From an uncultured Clostridia bacterium (GTDB lineage: Bacteria; Bacillota; Clostridia; Christensenellales; UBA1242), in NCBI GenBank assembly GCA_944383315.1, contig CALWPB010000004.1, positions 10,818-74,817 of the forward strand: a DNA stretch of 64,000 nucleotides, read 5' to 3'. Of this stretch, positions 20,985-36,432 are shown one piece after another (position 1 is the first letter of the stretch; each line of letters starts with the position of its first letter). The notes under the pieces are model-generated. The model saw nothing but the letters and a program-made list of their open reading frames with translations, was not told the DNA's origin and ran no database searches. Made by a program: the position numbers and the translations under genes.

Positions 20985-23180
20985 TTATGACATATTGCTT
21001 GGATTAATTTCGACAAAAACCAATGATTTTGGATGCTTATCTTGACTTACTGTATCGTAAATAAAGTTGGAAATTTCAGGTTCTGTGTCAAGTAAAAATC
21101 TACACAAAATCTGGTATCTATACTTCTTCTCTATTCGAGACACGGGCGAAGCCATTGCTTCACAAAACAAAAATTTATCCCTATGCTCAATATAATAATC
21201 TTGAATATGTGAATACAGCCTAGCTGTTGTTGAGCGTGCTTCATCCTTGTCTTCGGCAGTTATAAGTACGCGTATAATACGTGAAAACGGTGGGAATTGG
21301 GTAACTTCGCGTAAGTTTATTTCCTTTTCATAGAACCCTAAATAATCGTAATTTGATGCGAATCTATAAACGTAATGTTTCGGTGTATAGGTCTGCAAAA
21401 TTACCTTTCCTTCCTTGTCCGCTCTACCAGCTCTGCCCGCAACCTGAGTTATCAACTGATATGTACGTTCAGCAGAACGAAAATCACTAAAATGCAGGCT
21501 CATATCAGCATTCATAATACCTACAAGCGTAACACTTGGAAAGTCGTGCCCTTTTGCTATCATTTGAGTACCAACAAGGATACAAGGCTTTGTTTTACCA
21601 AATTTTTCGAGTAAATCATTGAGCGAATTTTTGTTCTTTGTAGTGTCGTAGTCCATTCGTAAAATAGTTACGTTTGGGAAGCGCTCGTGCAGTTCTTCAA
21701 CAACCTTTTGCGTCCCCATTGCGCCCATACGTATATAACTGCTGCCACATTTTGGGCAGTTGGTAAGTGCTTTGTAGCGGCGGTTGCAATAGTGGCACTT
21801 TAACTGGTTATCTTCCTTATGATACACGAGCGACACATCACAGTCTTCACATTTTGCCACATAACCACACTCACGGCAAATCATATAACTACTAAAACCT
21901 CTCCTATTTATAAATAGCATTGCTTGATTGCCTGCGCTCACTGTGTTTTCAAGTTCGGTCATTAATTTTTCGCTGAAAATACCTGTATTGCCGTTTGCCA
22001 TTTCGGCGCACATATTTACAATATCAATAACAGGCATTGGCTTTGCATTTGCTCTATTTGGGAGTAAATGAAGCATTACTTCGCCACGTTTTGCGCGGTA
22101 AAAAGTATCCAGACTAGGTGTTGCGCTACCGTAGATTACGGGGCAGTGATTGTATTCACTACGCATACGGGCTACGGTATGAGTAGTATAACGCGGGTTT
22201 GACTCTGCCTTGTAACTTGGGTCGTGCTCTTCGTCTAGTATGATTGCGCCTACATTTTCGATAGGGGCAAAGATTGCGCTTCGCGCCCCTATGACAATTC
22301 GCGCTTGTCCTGTACGGATACGTTGCCATTCGTCAAAACGTTCTCCATCGCTAAGCCCACTATGAAGAATGGCTACACTGTCTCCAAAGCGTGCGGTAAA
22401 AGTCGATAATACTTGCGGAGTAAGAGAGATTTCGGGAACGAGCAAAATCGCGTTTTTCCCTTCCGCTAGCACTTGTGAAATAATATGCATATATACTTCG
22501 GTTTTGCCGCTACCTGTAACACCAAAAATCAAGTGTTCGTGCTCGCGGTTATTTAGAATCGAGTCGACAACTCGCTGCTGGTCAGCGGTAAGAGTAACTA
22601 TTTTATCCTGTCGTTCGCTTACTTTTGGGGCGCGTTTCTTTAATGTCGTAACGCGTTCGACAACCCCCAAATCAAGCAATTTATTTACATTCGCCGAGCC
22701 AAAACGTTTGTTAAGTTCGGTTTGGGCATACATTGTATCAGGTCGCAAAGACTTAATTAACTCAATTTGTTTTGTTGCATTTTTTCGGGTATTTTCGAGC
22801 AGTTCTCTGTCGTCAAATTTTTCGGTCAAACGAATAAAATTGATATACAAAGGTTTTGCTTTATCATTACGCAACTGTGTAGGAATAAAGAGCCGCATAC
22901 AGTCGACATTTCTCAAATGAAAGGCTGCGCGCATCTGGTCATTTAAAGCCAAAAACTCGGGCAACAGCACTGGATAATCGTCCTTTGGCTGCCCGAGTGG
23001 TTTTAGTAAATTTGCAGGATATTCGCTAGTTTCTTTTAGTCGCAAAACATAGCCTGTAATATAACGCGGACCAAAAGGAACGGTAACGCGTTCACCCGCA
23101 ACAGTGTCAGGTCGTGCAATGTAGTCAAACACTTTGTCGACCTGTTCATTTGTAATATCGACTATTACCTCGGCAATCAT
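20985..23180 (-). CDS. priA: Primosomal protein N'
   Basis: GVTGSGKTEVY, LVPEISLT and DEEH motifs; Cys-rich zinc region; GTQMIAKGHDF. Confidence 0.96.
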   Translation of the reverse strand: MIAEVIVDITNEQVDKVFDYIARPDTVAGERVTVPFGPRYITGYVLRLKETSEYPANLLKPLGQPKDDYPVLLPEFLALNDQMRAAFHLRNVDCMRLFIPTQLRNDKAKPLYINFIRLTEKFDDRELLENTRKNATKQIELIKSLRPDTMYAQTELNKRFGSANVNKLLDLGVVERVTTLKKRAPKVSERQDKIVTLTADQQRVVDSILNNREHEHLIFGVTGSGKTEVYMHIISQVLAEGKNAILLVPEISLTPQVLSTFTARFGDSVAILHSGLSDGERFDEWQRIRTGQARIVIGARSAIFAPIENVGAIILDEEHDPSYKAESNPRYTTHTVARMRSEYNHCPVIYGSATPSLDTFYRAKRGEVMLHLLPNRANAKPMPVIDIVNMCAEMANGNTGIFSEKLMTELENTVSAGNQAMLFINRRGFSSYMICRECGYVAKCEDCDVSLVYHKEDNQLKCHYCNRRYKALTNCPKCGSSYIRMGAMGTQKVVEELHERFPNVTILRMDYDTTKNKNSLNDLLEKFGKTKPCILVGTQMIAKGHDFPSVTLVGIMNADMSLHFSDFRSAERTYQLITQVAGRAGRADKEGKVILQTYTPKHYVYRFASNYDYLGFYEKEINLREVTQFPPFSRIIRVLITAEDKDEARSTTARLYSHIQDYYIEHRDKFLFCEAMASPVSRIEKKYRYQILCRFLLDTEPEISNFIYDTVSQDKHPKSLVFVEINPSNMS

Positions 23181-23190
23181 TCCTTTCTCC

Positions 23191-23412
23191 TTAGTTTGTC
23201 TTGCCTGCTGTTACCTTTCCTTCGTAAACTTCTTCGGCTGCGATGGCAATAACTTTGGGGTCTTTGTCCATCGGTTCGCCGAGTAGATACTCACTATTCA
23301 ACTCCTTCGCCCTTTTGGCTACTAAACAAGTAAGTAAAAACTTGTTACCAACCTTTGCAGTTAAGTCATCAATCGGTGGCTCTGCCATTACGTATTCTCT
23401 TTCTTGTTCCAT
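23191..23412 (-). CDS. rpoZ: RNA polymerase omega subunit
   Basis: PPIDDL..KVGNKFLL..LVAKRAKEL. Confidence 0.88.
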   Translation of the reverse strand: MEQEREYVMAEPPIDDLTAKVGNKFLLTCLVAKRAKELNSEYLLGEPMDKDPKVIAIAAEEVYEGKVTAGKTN

Positions 23413-23424
23413 AATTTAACTCTC

Positions 23425-24843
23425 CTATTTAATCAACTCTTTTACTATTTCGCCAACTAATTTTGGATTAGCCTTACCTTGTGTTGCGCGCATTGCCTGT
23501 CCTACAAAGAATGCCATTGTTTTCTCATTTCCAGCCTTTAATTCGGCAACGGCTTTTGGGTTGTCTGCTACAATTTTTTGCAATACTTCGGTTAAAGCCC
23601 CTGTATCATTCATTTGTTTTAGCCCTAATGACTCAACAAGTTTGCTTGGCTCCGTTCCGCCATCCCACAAAACATCAAATATTTTGCGTGCGCCTGCTTG
23701 GTTAATCTCACCGTCTTTGTAAAGGCGGAGCATTTCGGCTAAATCTTTCGGTTGTACTGTTATTTTACGGTCATCGACTTCAAGTGCGTTCAATTTCTTG
23801 AATACCTCGGCTGTTATCCAGTTACATACAAATTTAGGCTCATTGAAGTATGAGAGCACATTTTCGAAAAAGTCCGCATAGGCACGTTCCTGTGTAATTA
23901 ACAATGCGTCTTGCTCTGTAAGCCCCATTGCAATATATTCGGTTACTCTTTGTGGAGCGAGTTTTGGTAACTTTGCGCGAATACTTTCGATATACTCATT
24001 CGTAACTTCAAGCGGTATTAAATCTGGGTCTGGGAAGTACCTATAATCTTGGCTGTCTTCCTTGGTACGCATTGAATATGTTTTGCCTTTCTCATCGTCC
24101 CAACGGCGTGTTTCTTGAATAATCGGGTGTCCTGCTTCCAATTCTTCAATTTGTCTATTTGATTCGTACTTAATAGCACGAAGAACCGCGCGGAAAGAGT
24201 TTAGGTTCTTTAATTCGGTACGTGTACCCAATGGCTCGCCATCGCGATTTACTGAAATATTGACATCAAAGCGTATACTACCTTCTTGCATTTTACAGTC
24301 GCTCACACCTACATAAAGTAGCGTGCTGCGCAATTTCTCTAAGTACGCAACTGCTTCTTCGGCACTACTCATATCTGGCTCAGACACAATCTCAATTAGT
24401 GGAACACCACCGCGGTTGTAGTCTATCATTGTGCCACGTGCGGAATGAATTAATTTCCCTGCATCTTCTTCCAAATGGATACGGTTTAATCTAATAAATT
24501 TCTTTGTACCGTCTTCAAGTTCAATTTCTAGTCCACCACCCACACAAAGTGGATACTCCAACTGTGAAATTTGGTATGCTTTACACAAGTCAGGATAAAA
24601 ATAATTTTTACGTTCGAATACTGAATAGTTGTTAATGCGACAACCAACTGCGAGCCCCATAAGAATAGCGCGCTCAACAGCATCGCGATTTAGTACGGGT
24701 AATGCCCCTGGCATTGCGGTACATACGGGACAGCAATTTGTGTTTGGTTTGTTGCCGAACTCATTTTTACAGCCACAAAAACATTTGGTGCGCGTATTTA
24801 ATTCGCTGTGGACTTCAAGCCCTATTACTGTGTTCCAACTCAT
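23425..24843 (-). CDS. gatB: Asp/Glu-tRNA amidotransferase subunit B
   Basis: VIGLEVH, RKNYFYPDL, HLEEDAGK and DYRYFPDPDL motifs. Confidence 0.97.
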   Translation of the reverse strand: MSWNTVIGLEVHSELNTRTKCFCGCKNEFGNKPNTNCCPVCTAMPGALPVLNRDAVERAILMGLAVGCRINNYSVFERKNYFYPDLCKAYQISQLEYPLCVGGGLEIELEDGTKKFIRLNRIHLEEDAGKLIHSARGTMIDYNRGGVPLIEIVSEPDMSSAEEAVAYLEKLRSTLLYVGVSDCKMQEGSIRFDVNISVNRDGEPLGTRTELKNLNSFRAVLRAIKYESNRQIEELEAGHPIIQETRRWDDEKGKTYSMRTKEDSQDYRYFPDPDLIPLEVTNEYIESIRAKLPKLAPQRVTEYIAMGLTEQDALLITQERAYADFFENVLSYFNEPKFVCNWITAEVFKKLNALEVDDRKITVQPKDLAEMLRLYKDGEINQAGARKIFDVLWDGGTEPSKLVESLGLKQMNDTGALTEVLQKIVADNPKAVAELKAGNEKTMAFFVGQAMRATQGKANPKLVGEIVKELIK

Positions 24844-26285
24844 TATTTGTCCTCCTTGTGTGCTGTTTCAAATGCATTTGCTACTCTATACAATGTGGCT
24901 TCGTCAAAGTGCTTACCTATAAGTTGCATACCTATTGGCAAGCCTTGTCCGTCTTTGCCACAAGGCAAACTAATAGCAGGTACGCTTGCAATATTTACAG
25001 GTACTGTAAAGATATCTGTTAAATACATTGCTACATGGTCGCCTGATTTCTCACCTAGTTTGAATGCGGTTGTTGCGGTTGTTGGACTAATCAAGCAATC
25101 GCACATTTTTAGTGCTTCGCTAAACTCGTTGCGAATTACCTTTTGCACTCTTTTTGCCTTGCGATAAAACGCATCATAATAACCACTACTCAACACATAG
25201 TTACCAAGCATTATGCGGCGTTTTACTTCTTTCCCAAAACCTTGTGTACGTGATTTGAAATAAAGGTCGACAACGTCCGCATAATTTTCGGCTCTAACTC
25301 CATATTTTACACCGTCAAAACGTGCAAGGTTGCTCGCTGCTTCGGCTGATGATATTACGTAATATACGGCAAGTGCGGTATCAAGGCTTGGCAAGTCTAC
25401 TGTTACAATCTCAGCGCCTGCTTCCTTGTACCACTCAATTGCTTGCTCTAATGCAGTGCGAACATCGCCGCTTAACTTATCGCTAAAAAACTGCTTTGCA
25501 ACACCAATTTTTAAACCCTTAACACCTTTGTCAATGTCCGCTAAATAGTCGGGCACTGCCACTTTTGATGCGGTCATATCCATATCATCAGCGCCAGCAA
25601 TAACATTAAGCATAAGTGCGTTGTCTTTGACTGTACGTGTAAGTGGTCCCACTTGGTCGAGCGAACTCGCAAAAGCAACGACACCGTAACGTGATACCCT
25701 GCCATAAGTGGGTTTTATACCCACCACACCACAAAAACTTGCGGGCTCACGAATTGAACCGCCTGTATCTGTACCAAGACTTGCAAAGCACTGACGCGCT
25801 GCAACAGTACAAGCACTACCACCACTACTTCCCCCCGGTACGCGTGATGTGTCAACAGGGTTACGAACAGCACCAAAAGCAGAATTTTCGTTACTACTAC
25901 CCATCGCAAACTCGTCCATATTCGCCTTTGCGATAATCACCGCCCCCGCGTCGTGAAGTTTGCTAGCACAAGTTGCGGTATATGGCGAAACAAAGTTTTC
26001 CAAAAACTTACTTGCACACGTTGTGCGAGTACCCAAGTAGTTTATATTGTCCTTTAACACAACAGGCACGCCACCTAGCGCCCCGACATTTTCGCCACGA
26101 GCGCGTGCTGCGTCTATCTCGCCTGCGCGCTTCATTGCTTCATCAAAATAAGTTGAATTAAGCGCATTTAAATCTTGTGTTTCTTTTATGCGGTCAAAAC
26201 ATTCACGCACTAACTCTTGCGAAGTAACTTGTCCGCTATTTAATAAATCTATAATTTCGGTTAAACTGTAATCAAGATATTTCAT
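24843..26285 (-). CDS. gatA: Asp/Glu-tRNA amidotransferase subunit A
   Basis: NMDEFAMGSS, PGGSSGGS and GTDTGGSIR amidase signature. Confidence 0.97.
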   Translation of the reverse strand: MKYLDYSLTEIIDLLNSGQVTSQELVRECFDRIKETQDLNALNSTYFDEAMKRAGEIDAARARGENVGALGGVPVVLKDNINYLGTRTTCASKFLENFVSPYTATCASKLHDAGAVIIAKANMDEFAMGSSNENSAFGAVRNPVDTSRVPGGSSGGSACTVAARQCFASLGTDTGGSIREPASFCGVVGIKPTYGRVSRYGVVAFASSLDQVGPLTRTVKDNALMLNVIAGADDMDMTASKVAVPDYLADIDKGVKGLKIGVAKQFFSDKLSGDVRTALEQAIEWYKEAGAEIVTVDLPSLDTALAVYYVISSAEAASNLARFDGVKYGVRAENYADVVDLYFKSRTQGFGKEVKRRIMLGNYVLSSGYYDAFYRKAKRVQKVIRNEFSEALKMCDCLISPTTATTAFKLGEKSGDHVAMYLTDIFTVPVNIASVPAISLPCGKDGQGLPIGMQLIGKHFDEATLYRVANAFETAHKEDK

Positions 26286-26288
26286 ATT

Positions 26289-26582
26289 CTACTCCTCCGC
26301 CACTGTAACAGGTACTAAAAATGCGCCGTCCTGTGCATCGGGAGCATTTGCGACAATTTCCGCTGCTGTAAGGCTTTGCTTTATCTCATCGGCTCTTAAT
26401 TCTGTATCTGCATTGATTGTTTTTTCTAGCAAGTCAACATTACTTACGTCTACTTTGTTAATAGCATCAACTTGTGCAAGTGTTGCTTCTAATTCGGCTA
26501 CAAACTCGGCTGTCTCTGCTTCGGTAAATTCAAGCCTAGATAACTTTGCGAGTTTCTTTACATCTTCAATAGTTATACTCAT
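26289..26582 (-). CDS. gatC: Asp/Glu-tRNA amidotransferase subunit C
   Basis: ITIEDVKKLAKLSRL...LRAD...NAP....FLVP; first gene of gatCAB. Confidence 0.9.
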   Translation of the reverse strand: MSITIEDVKKLAKLSRLEFTEAETAEFVAELEATLAQVDAINKVDVSNVDLLEKTINADTELRADEIKQSLTAAEIVANAPDAQDGAFLVPVTVAEE

Positions 26583-26638
26583 TTTCACGTCCTTAAATTT
26601 AATAAAAAAATGATACCACTAATATATAATTCTGTCAA

Positions 26639-30777
<4,139 letters not shown>

Positions 30778-30854
30778 AAATTCTTCCCTTGTTAAATGTA
30801 GATATAATTGTAACAAAAAAAGCCGTCTTTGGCAATCAAAAACGGCTCATAATC

Positions 30855-31256
30855 TTATAGCGAATGATATTGTTTTTCGCGTTCATAACGTTCGCGCATT
30901 TCGTTATATTTATCTGTAAGTTTAATAATATAGTTTTGTTTCTCTGCTGAATTAAGTCTATCATATTCATTGTGGTCAATAAGTTGCCCGATTGGATTAA
31001 GGGTAAAGTCATTATTGCGTAATAATTTGCAGACCTTGTGATACATTTCATTATCTTTGGCATCGTTGTCGCTGCTGTATATTTCGCGCATAAGCCTACG
31101 TGAATACAACTCAATAATTTTTTGTGCGCTTTCGCTTGAATTGTTGCGTATGTATTCATCACGTTCACTACGGACTTTGTCCCAATAGCCACTTATCATT
31201 CTGTGTTTTGCGCGTTTTGCGAAAGTTTTGATACTTACAGCATTTTGATTTAACAT
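30855..31256 (-). CDS. Conserved-looking hypothetical protein
   Basis: AGGAGG RBS; 133-aa ORF. Confidence 0.65.
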   Translation of the reverse strand: MLNQNAVSIKTFAKRAKHRMISGYWDKVRSERDEYIRNNSSESAQKIIELYSRRLMREIYSSDNDAKDNEMYHKVCKLLRNNDFTLNPIGQLIDHNEYDRLNSAEKQNYIIKLTDKYNEMRERYEREKQYHSL

Positions 31257-31523
31257 AACCTACCTCCTAGTATGTATGAAAATTTTATAACTTGTTTTCT
31301 AATTTTTCAAATAAATTTAGCGATTTTTGGCTATTCGACAAAAGCTTCTTTTATTTAACAAATTTTGAAAAAACTTTCGAATAATAGTGAGAGAAAACAA
31401 CAAATTTTCACAAATTTTTTGATACATTTTTTGCTATAAATCTACAAAATAAACAAAAAAGCCCGAAAAATAACTTCGGAACTTTTTTAGTCTCTTTTTA
31501 TAAATTTTTATATTTTTGTAAAA

Positions 31524-33902
31524 TTATTTTTTTACAATCAAGTTGACAATCTTATTTGGAACATAAATTTCCTTGTCTGCATTAGTTACACCCACTGCTT
31601 GTTTTGCTGCAGCAAGCACCTTATCTTGTGCTTCGTTCGCTGTAATTTTAATGCGCGCTTTTACCTTTCCATTTACCTGAACAGGTATTTCAATCTCGTC
31701 ATCTTTGGTCAATTCTTCATTAAATTGCGGCCAAGTTTGATAATCAATAACATTATTGCTATCAAATACGCGCTCCCAAATTTCTTCGGTAATAAAGGGG
31801 GCTACAGGGTTAAGCAGTTTTATAAAGCCGCAAGCATACTCGCGCGGGAAAACGTTTTCTTTCTGTACCGCATTTACAAAAATCATCATTTGACTGATTG
31901 CCGTATTAAAACTCATATTCTCGTAATCTTCGGTTACTTTCTTAACAGTCTTGTGATACAGTTTTTCAAGATTTTTATTTTCTTCGTCCTTTATCTTGTC
32001 GTCATTGATGTAGAGCGACCAAACTTTGAGAATAAAGCGGCGCGCGCCTTCAATATTTTGTTTATTCCACGGCTTTGCGTCAGTAATCGGTCCCATAAAC
32101 ATTTCATAAACGCGCATTGCATCGGCGCCGTACTCATTGATTACGTCGTCGGGGTTGATTACATTCCCCTTACTCTTACTCATTTTTTCGCCGTTTTCAC
32201 CAAGCAACATACCTGGGTGAACAAGTTTCTTAAACGGCTCTTTTACAGGGCTAAAACCTTTATCAAACAAGAAATTATTCCAAAAACGTGAGTAAAGTAG
32301 GTGCCCTACTGTGTGCTCCGCTCCGCCTACATACAAGTCTACTGGCATCCAATGAGCAAGTAATTCTTTGTCTGCGATTTCCTTATCATTGTGCGGGTCG
32401 ATAAAACGCAAGAAATACCAACTCGTAGCGGCTGTACCCGGCATTGTACACGTTTCGCGCTCGCCCTTTACTCCGTCAATTTCAGTACTCTTCCATTCGG
32501 TTGCGTTGTCAAGTGGAGGTCTACCGTTCTTTGCTTTGTAATCTGTCATTTCAGGCAAAATAAGTGGCAGATTTTCATCAAGTACAGTATTGCCATTTTC
32601 AAGGAATACGACAGGAATAGGCTCGCCCCAATAACGTTGACGAGAGAATATCCACTCGCGGAGTCTATAATTTACCTTGCGAGTGCCGAGTCCTTTTTCT
32701 TCCAGCCATTCAATCATTTTGTTGATTGCTTGCTCGTTGTTTAACCCGTCTAAAATACCTGAATTGATATGATTACCATCGCCAACAAAGGCTTCAACAT
32801 CTAAATCTCCGCCTTCAATTACGCGCTTAATAGGCAAATCGTGTGCTTTGCTAAACAAATAGTCGCGCTGGTCGTGAGCAGGAACAGCCATTACCGCCCC
32901 CGTGCCGTATGTTAGTACATAGTCGCCTATCCAAACAGGCACGCGCTCGCCATTTACGGGATTAATTGCGTATGCTCCCGTAAACACACCCGTTTTCTCT
33001 GCGTTCGTATTAGTGCGCTCAATGTCGGTTTTCGAAGCACATTCCTTGATATATTTATCTACCGCATCGCGCTGTTCGGTTGTGGTTATGCGGCTAATTA
33101 ATTCATGTTCGGGACAAAGCACACAGTAAGTAACCCCAAAAAGAGTGTCTGCGCGAGTCGTAAACACGCGGAAACTAAGGCCGCTATTTTCTATTTTAAA
33201 TTCAACTTCTGCGCCAATACTCTTGCCTATCCAGTTGCGTTGCCCTTCCTTTGTAGATTCTGGCCATTCGGGCAATTCATCAAGCCCCGCAAGTAATCTT
33301 TCAGCATAGGCTGGAATATTTAATATCCACTGTTTCATAAGGCGCTTTTCTACTGGGAAGCCGCCTCTTTCACTCTTGCCGTCAACTATTTCATCATCGG
33401 CAAGCACGGTGTCAAGCCCCTCACACCAATTTACGTAAGTGGGCTTATGGCTAGTGTAACCGTCCTTGTATAATTGCTCAAATACCCATTGTGTCCATTT
33501 GTAGTACTCGGGCTTGTGAGTGCTAATTTGCTTTGTCCAGTCGTAACTAAACCCCATTGCTTTGAGTTGACGAGTGAAATTTTGTATATTTTTGTCCGTA
33601 AACACACCTGGGTGATTACCAGTCTTTATAGCAAACTGCTCGGCTGGCAGTCCAAAACTATCAAAGCCTATTGGGTGAAGCACATTAAACCCTTGCATAC
33701 GTTTCATACGGGATACAATATCGGTTGAAGTGTATCCCATTGGGTGTCCTACGTGCAGCCCTTCGCCAGACGGATACGGAATCATATCAAGTGCGTAAAA
33801 CTTTGGTTTACTAAAATCGCGAATATCGGTAACAAAAGTCCCGTCTTTTTCCCAACGTTCACGCCATTTTGCTTCTATTGCCTTAAAATCAAAAGGTATC
33901 AT
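31524..33902 (-). CDS. leuS: Leucine--tRNA ligase
   Basis: PYPSG.GLHVGH (HIGH-type) and KMSKS motifs; editing domain GTGAVMAVPAHDQRD. Confidence 0.97.
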   Translation of the reverse strand: MIPFDFKAIEAKWRERWEKDGTFVTDIRDFSKPKFYALDMIPYPSGEGLHVGHPMGYTSTDIVSRMKRMQGFNVLHPIGFDSFGLPAEQFAIKTGNHPGVFTDKNIQNFTRQLKAMGFSYDWTKQISTHKPEYYKWTQWVFEQLYKDGYTSHKPTYVNWCEGLDTVLADDEIVDGKSERGGFPVEKRLMKQWILNIPAYAERLLAGLDELPEWPESTKEGQRNWIGKSIGAEVEFKIENSGLSFRVFTTRADTLFGVTYCVLCPEHELISRITTTEQRDAVDKYIKECASKTDIERTNTNAEKTGVFTGAYAINPVNGERVPVWIGDYVLTYGTGAVMAVPAHDQRDYLFSKAHDLPIKRVIEGGDLDVEAFVGDGNHINSGILDGLNNEQAINKMIEWLEEKGLGTRKVNYRLREWIFSRQRYWGEPIPVVFLENGNTVLDENLPLILPEMTDYKAKNGRPPLDNATEWKSTEIDGVKGERETCTMPGTAATSWYFLRFIDPHNDKEIADKELLAHWMPVDLYVGGAEHTVGHLLYSRFWNNFLFDKGFSPVKEPFKKLVHPGMLLGENGEKMSKSKGNVINPDDVINEYGADAMRVYEMFMGPITDAKPWNKQNIEGARRFILKVWSLYINDDKIKDEENKNLEKLYHKTVKKVTEDYENMSFNTAISQMMIFVNAVQKENVFPREYACGFIKLLNPVAPFITEEIWERVFDSNNVIDYQTWPQFNEELTKDDEIEIPVQVNGKVKARIKITANEAQDKVLAAAKQAVGVTNADKEIYVPNKIVNLIVKK

Positions 33903-34007
33903 TTTCTTGCTCCTTAATTTATAGAAGTGATTATATAAAATAAAGTAAATTTTGTCAAATATAACAACAAAAAAAGAAGCCCTAAATATACGGCTTCTTT
34001 AATATAA

Positions 34008-34349
34008 TTAGATGCTAGCCTTAATCTTAGCACGTTTACCACTGAGTTTGCGAACGTAGTAAAGTTTTGCTCTGCGAACCTTACCCTTGCGCACAACTTC
34101 TATACGGTCAATACGTGGTGAGTGTACTGGGAAAGTACGTTCTACACCTACGCCAAAACTGATACGACGTACGGTGAATGTCTCACGAATACTACCGTTC
34201 TTACGTGCAATTACTACACCTTCATAAGCCTGAATACGCTCTTTGTCGCCTTCAACAACTTTAACGTATACTCTAACAGTATCACCAATGTTGAAGTCAT
34301 TTACGTTTTCTTTCAAGCCTTCTTTTTCAAGAGTTGCAATAATGTTCAT
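34008..34349 (-). CDS. rplS: 50S ribosomal protein L19
   Basis: GDTVRV..KVVEG.KERIQ...[12 protein letters not shown]. Confidence 0.98.
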   Translation of the reverse strand: MNIIATLEKEGLKENVNDFNIGDTVRVYVKVVEGDKERIQAYEGVVIARKNGSIRETFTVRRISFGVGVERTFPVHSPRIDRIEVVRKGKVRRAKLYYVRKLSGKRAKIKASI

Positions 34350-34377
34350 AATGACTTAATACCTCCTTGCAAGATTA

Positions 34378-34432
34378 ATCGAGTGTTCTTGTGCTAATCA
34401 ATATGTTTACCCACAGCGGACCATTCGAAGTC
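34378..34432 (-). ncRNA. L19 ribosomal protein leader (autoregulatory RNA)
   Basis: 5' UTR of rplS containing GGUCCGCUG...AAGAACAC, resembling the Firmicute L19 leader. Confidence 0.55.
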
Positions 34433-34497
34433 ATATTGATATGATATCATAATTTTTTATGTTTGGCAATATAAAATTGACAAAAATTTGAGAAATT

Positions 34498-35181
34498 TTA
34501 GCGTACTTGATATTCTTCATCTTCTTGAATAGTATATTCATCTGATTTTTTTACTATTTTATCTATTCCACCCAAAGTAACGTCCCTGCGTTCATCTCGT
34601 AAATTTCGATTGCGCTGGTGTACTGGGGTGTCCCTGTGATAGTCTTCAAAAATGTTTTTAAACTCAACAAGCAAATCAGCAATCATTTTTGTTTTTATCA
34701 GTTTTTTATAGTTCGATGACAATTTTTCGCTGTATAATTTGGTTAAATAAGGTATCTTCTCTTCCTTTACCAAATCATAACCGTACCCATTCTCATCAAG
34801 CGCTCTATGGCAATGATTTAGTTTAAATTTCTCAACATAGGCACTACTTAAATCGGTGCGATTATCAAAATACAAGTCAAGTACTTCATCATAACTTAAA
34901 ATATATTGCTCACTTGGAGTACCATTTTGCTCGACTACTTTGTTATATATCGCGTCTTGGATAGCCGTATCCAAATCGGATACATCGCTTTGTTCTGGAA
35001 CATCAGCATTTAGGCTTGCACTCATATTTATGCCTTGATATTCCCCAAGCAAAGACACATTTATTGCATATTCTCTTGAATTATCTTTTCTTATTGAAAA
35101 AGGAACTAAGGTAACTTTGCGCGCTTTAAAATTATAATAACAAGCAAAATAGATATTTTTCGTTTCTAATAATCTTGACAT
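34498..35181 (-). CDS. Hypothetical protein
   Basis: 227-aa ORF with GGAG RBS inserted between yraN and rplS. Confidence 0.6.
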   Translation of the reverse strand: MSRLLETKNIYFACYYNFKARKVTLVPFSIRKDNSREYAINVSLLGEYQGINMSASLNADVPEQSDVSDLDTAIQDAIYNKVVEQNGTPSEQYILSYDEVLDLYFDNRTDLSSAYVEKFKLNHCHRALDENGYGYDLVKEEKIPYLTKLYSEKLSSNYKKLIKTKMIADLLVEFKNIFEDYHRDTPVHQRNRNLRDERRDVTLGGIDKIVKKSDEYTIQEDEEYQVR

Positions 35182-35242
35182 AAGTTTTCTCCATTTGTTA
35201 AAACAATTTTAAATGGTTTTACTTACTTTGTCAATACCCAAA

Positions 35243-35584
35243 TTAGAAAGCATTGATTATATGATTGATATCATCGCCAATAACTTCAATTACATCAAAA
35301 CGGATAGGCGTATCAAACTTGTGTTTTGCACGCAAATAATACAAGGCAAGTTGTTGTAATTTACGTTGTTTATAATAATTTACCGCTTCGGCGGGTGTGC
35401 CATATAGATTACTTGTACGCGTCTTGACTTCGACAATAACAATAGTCCCATTTTCTTCGGCGATTATGTCTATCTCGCCTAATGGACAAGTATAGTTTTG
35501 TTCCAAAATTTTATAATTATTCTTAATCAAGTATTTAACGGCAAGTTTTTCGCCGTAATTCCCCAAAACTTTATTATTGCGCAT
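35243..35584 (-). CDS. yraN: YraN family endonuclease (UPF0102)
   Basis: GNYGEKLA..YL, GEIDII, VEVKTR and RFDVI motifs. Confidence 0.9.
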   Translation of the reverse strand: MRNNKVLGNYGEKLAVKYLIKNNYKILEQNYTCPLGEIDIIAEENGTIVIVEVKTRTSNLYGTPAEAVNYYKQRKLQQLALYYLRAKHKFDTPIRFDVIEVIGDDINHIINAF

Positions 35585-36429
35585 TATTTACACCTGTCAA
35601 GTGTGATTTTGCCTATTCTTCCTTTGCGGAAGTCGTCTAATACTGCGCGCGCTCCGCGCTCGTAATCGAGTTCGCCACCGCGTATAATAAACTTACGGTT
35701 TTCACAGATTTGTGTCAAATAGTCGACAGGCTGTGCGTTTTCGTCATAGGTTAAATTATAGCGCGCGAGAAAAGGCTCACGATAATCGTTAAGCATTTTT
35801 GCGATAAAATCAAGCACTAATTCTGCCGTATCAAGCACTTCGTCCTTTATAGAATTGATATAGGCTAGGTTGTGCGAAACTTCGTTATCTTCAAAACTTG
35901 GCCACAATGTACCTGGGGTATCAAGTATTTCCATAGTACCAGCGATGCGCACCCACTGTGTTGAACGGGTTACACTTGGCCTATCCCCTGTGATTGCCTT
36001 ATATTTGCCACATAGATTGTTAATAAGGGTACTTTTGCCACAATTTGGCACTCCTATTACCATAGCACGCAATGGCATTGTGATGCCTTTTTGTCTATTA
36101 CGTTCAAGTTTACTTGCAAGTAAACGTTCCATACCACTGACTACGGTTTTACTCGCATTGGTCATAGTCGAATTAAGCGGAATTGCCAAAGTATTTTCAC
36201 GGCTAAAATACTGTAACCATTTTTCTGTTTCCCTATTGTCTGCCAAATCAATTTTATTTAGCACATATATAATTGGCTTGTTGCCCATAATCTCGACAAA
36301 TTGCGGGTTTTGGCAACTATATGGTGCGCGCGCGTCAAGTACGTAAATTATCAGGTCTACGAGTTTGACATTTTTTTCCATTTCGCGCAGCGCTTTTGTC
36401 ATATGCCCTGGAAACCATTGTATTTGCAT
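35584..36429 (-). CDS. rbgA: Ribosome biogenesis GTPase RbgA/YlqF
   Basis: IQWFPGHM, DARAP, GVPNCGKSTLIN and LDTPG motifs. Confidence 0.95.
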   Translation of the reverse strand: MQIQWFPGHMTKALREMEKNVKLVDLIIYVLDARAPYSCQNPQFVEIMGNKPIIYVLNKIDLADNRETEKWLQYFSRENTLAIPLNSTMTNASKTVVSGMERLLASKLERNRQKGITMPLRAMVIGVPNCGKSTLINNLCGKYKAITGDRPSVTRSTQWVRIAGTMEILDTPGTLWPSFEDNEVSHNLAYINSIKDEVLDTAELVLDFIAKMLNDYREPFLARYNLTYDENAQPVDYLTQICENRKFIIRGGELDYERGARAVLDDFRKGRIGKITLDRCK

Positions 36430-36432
36430 AAC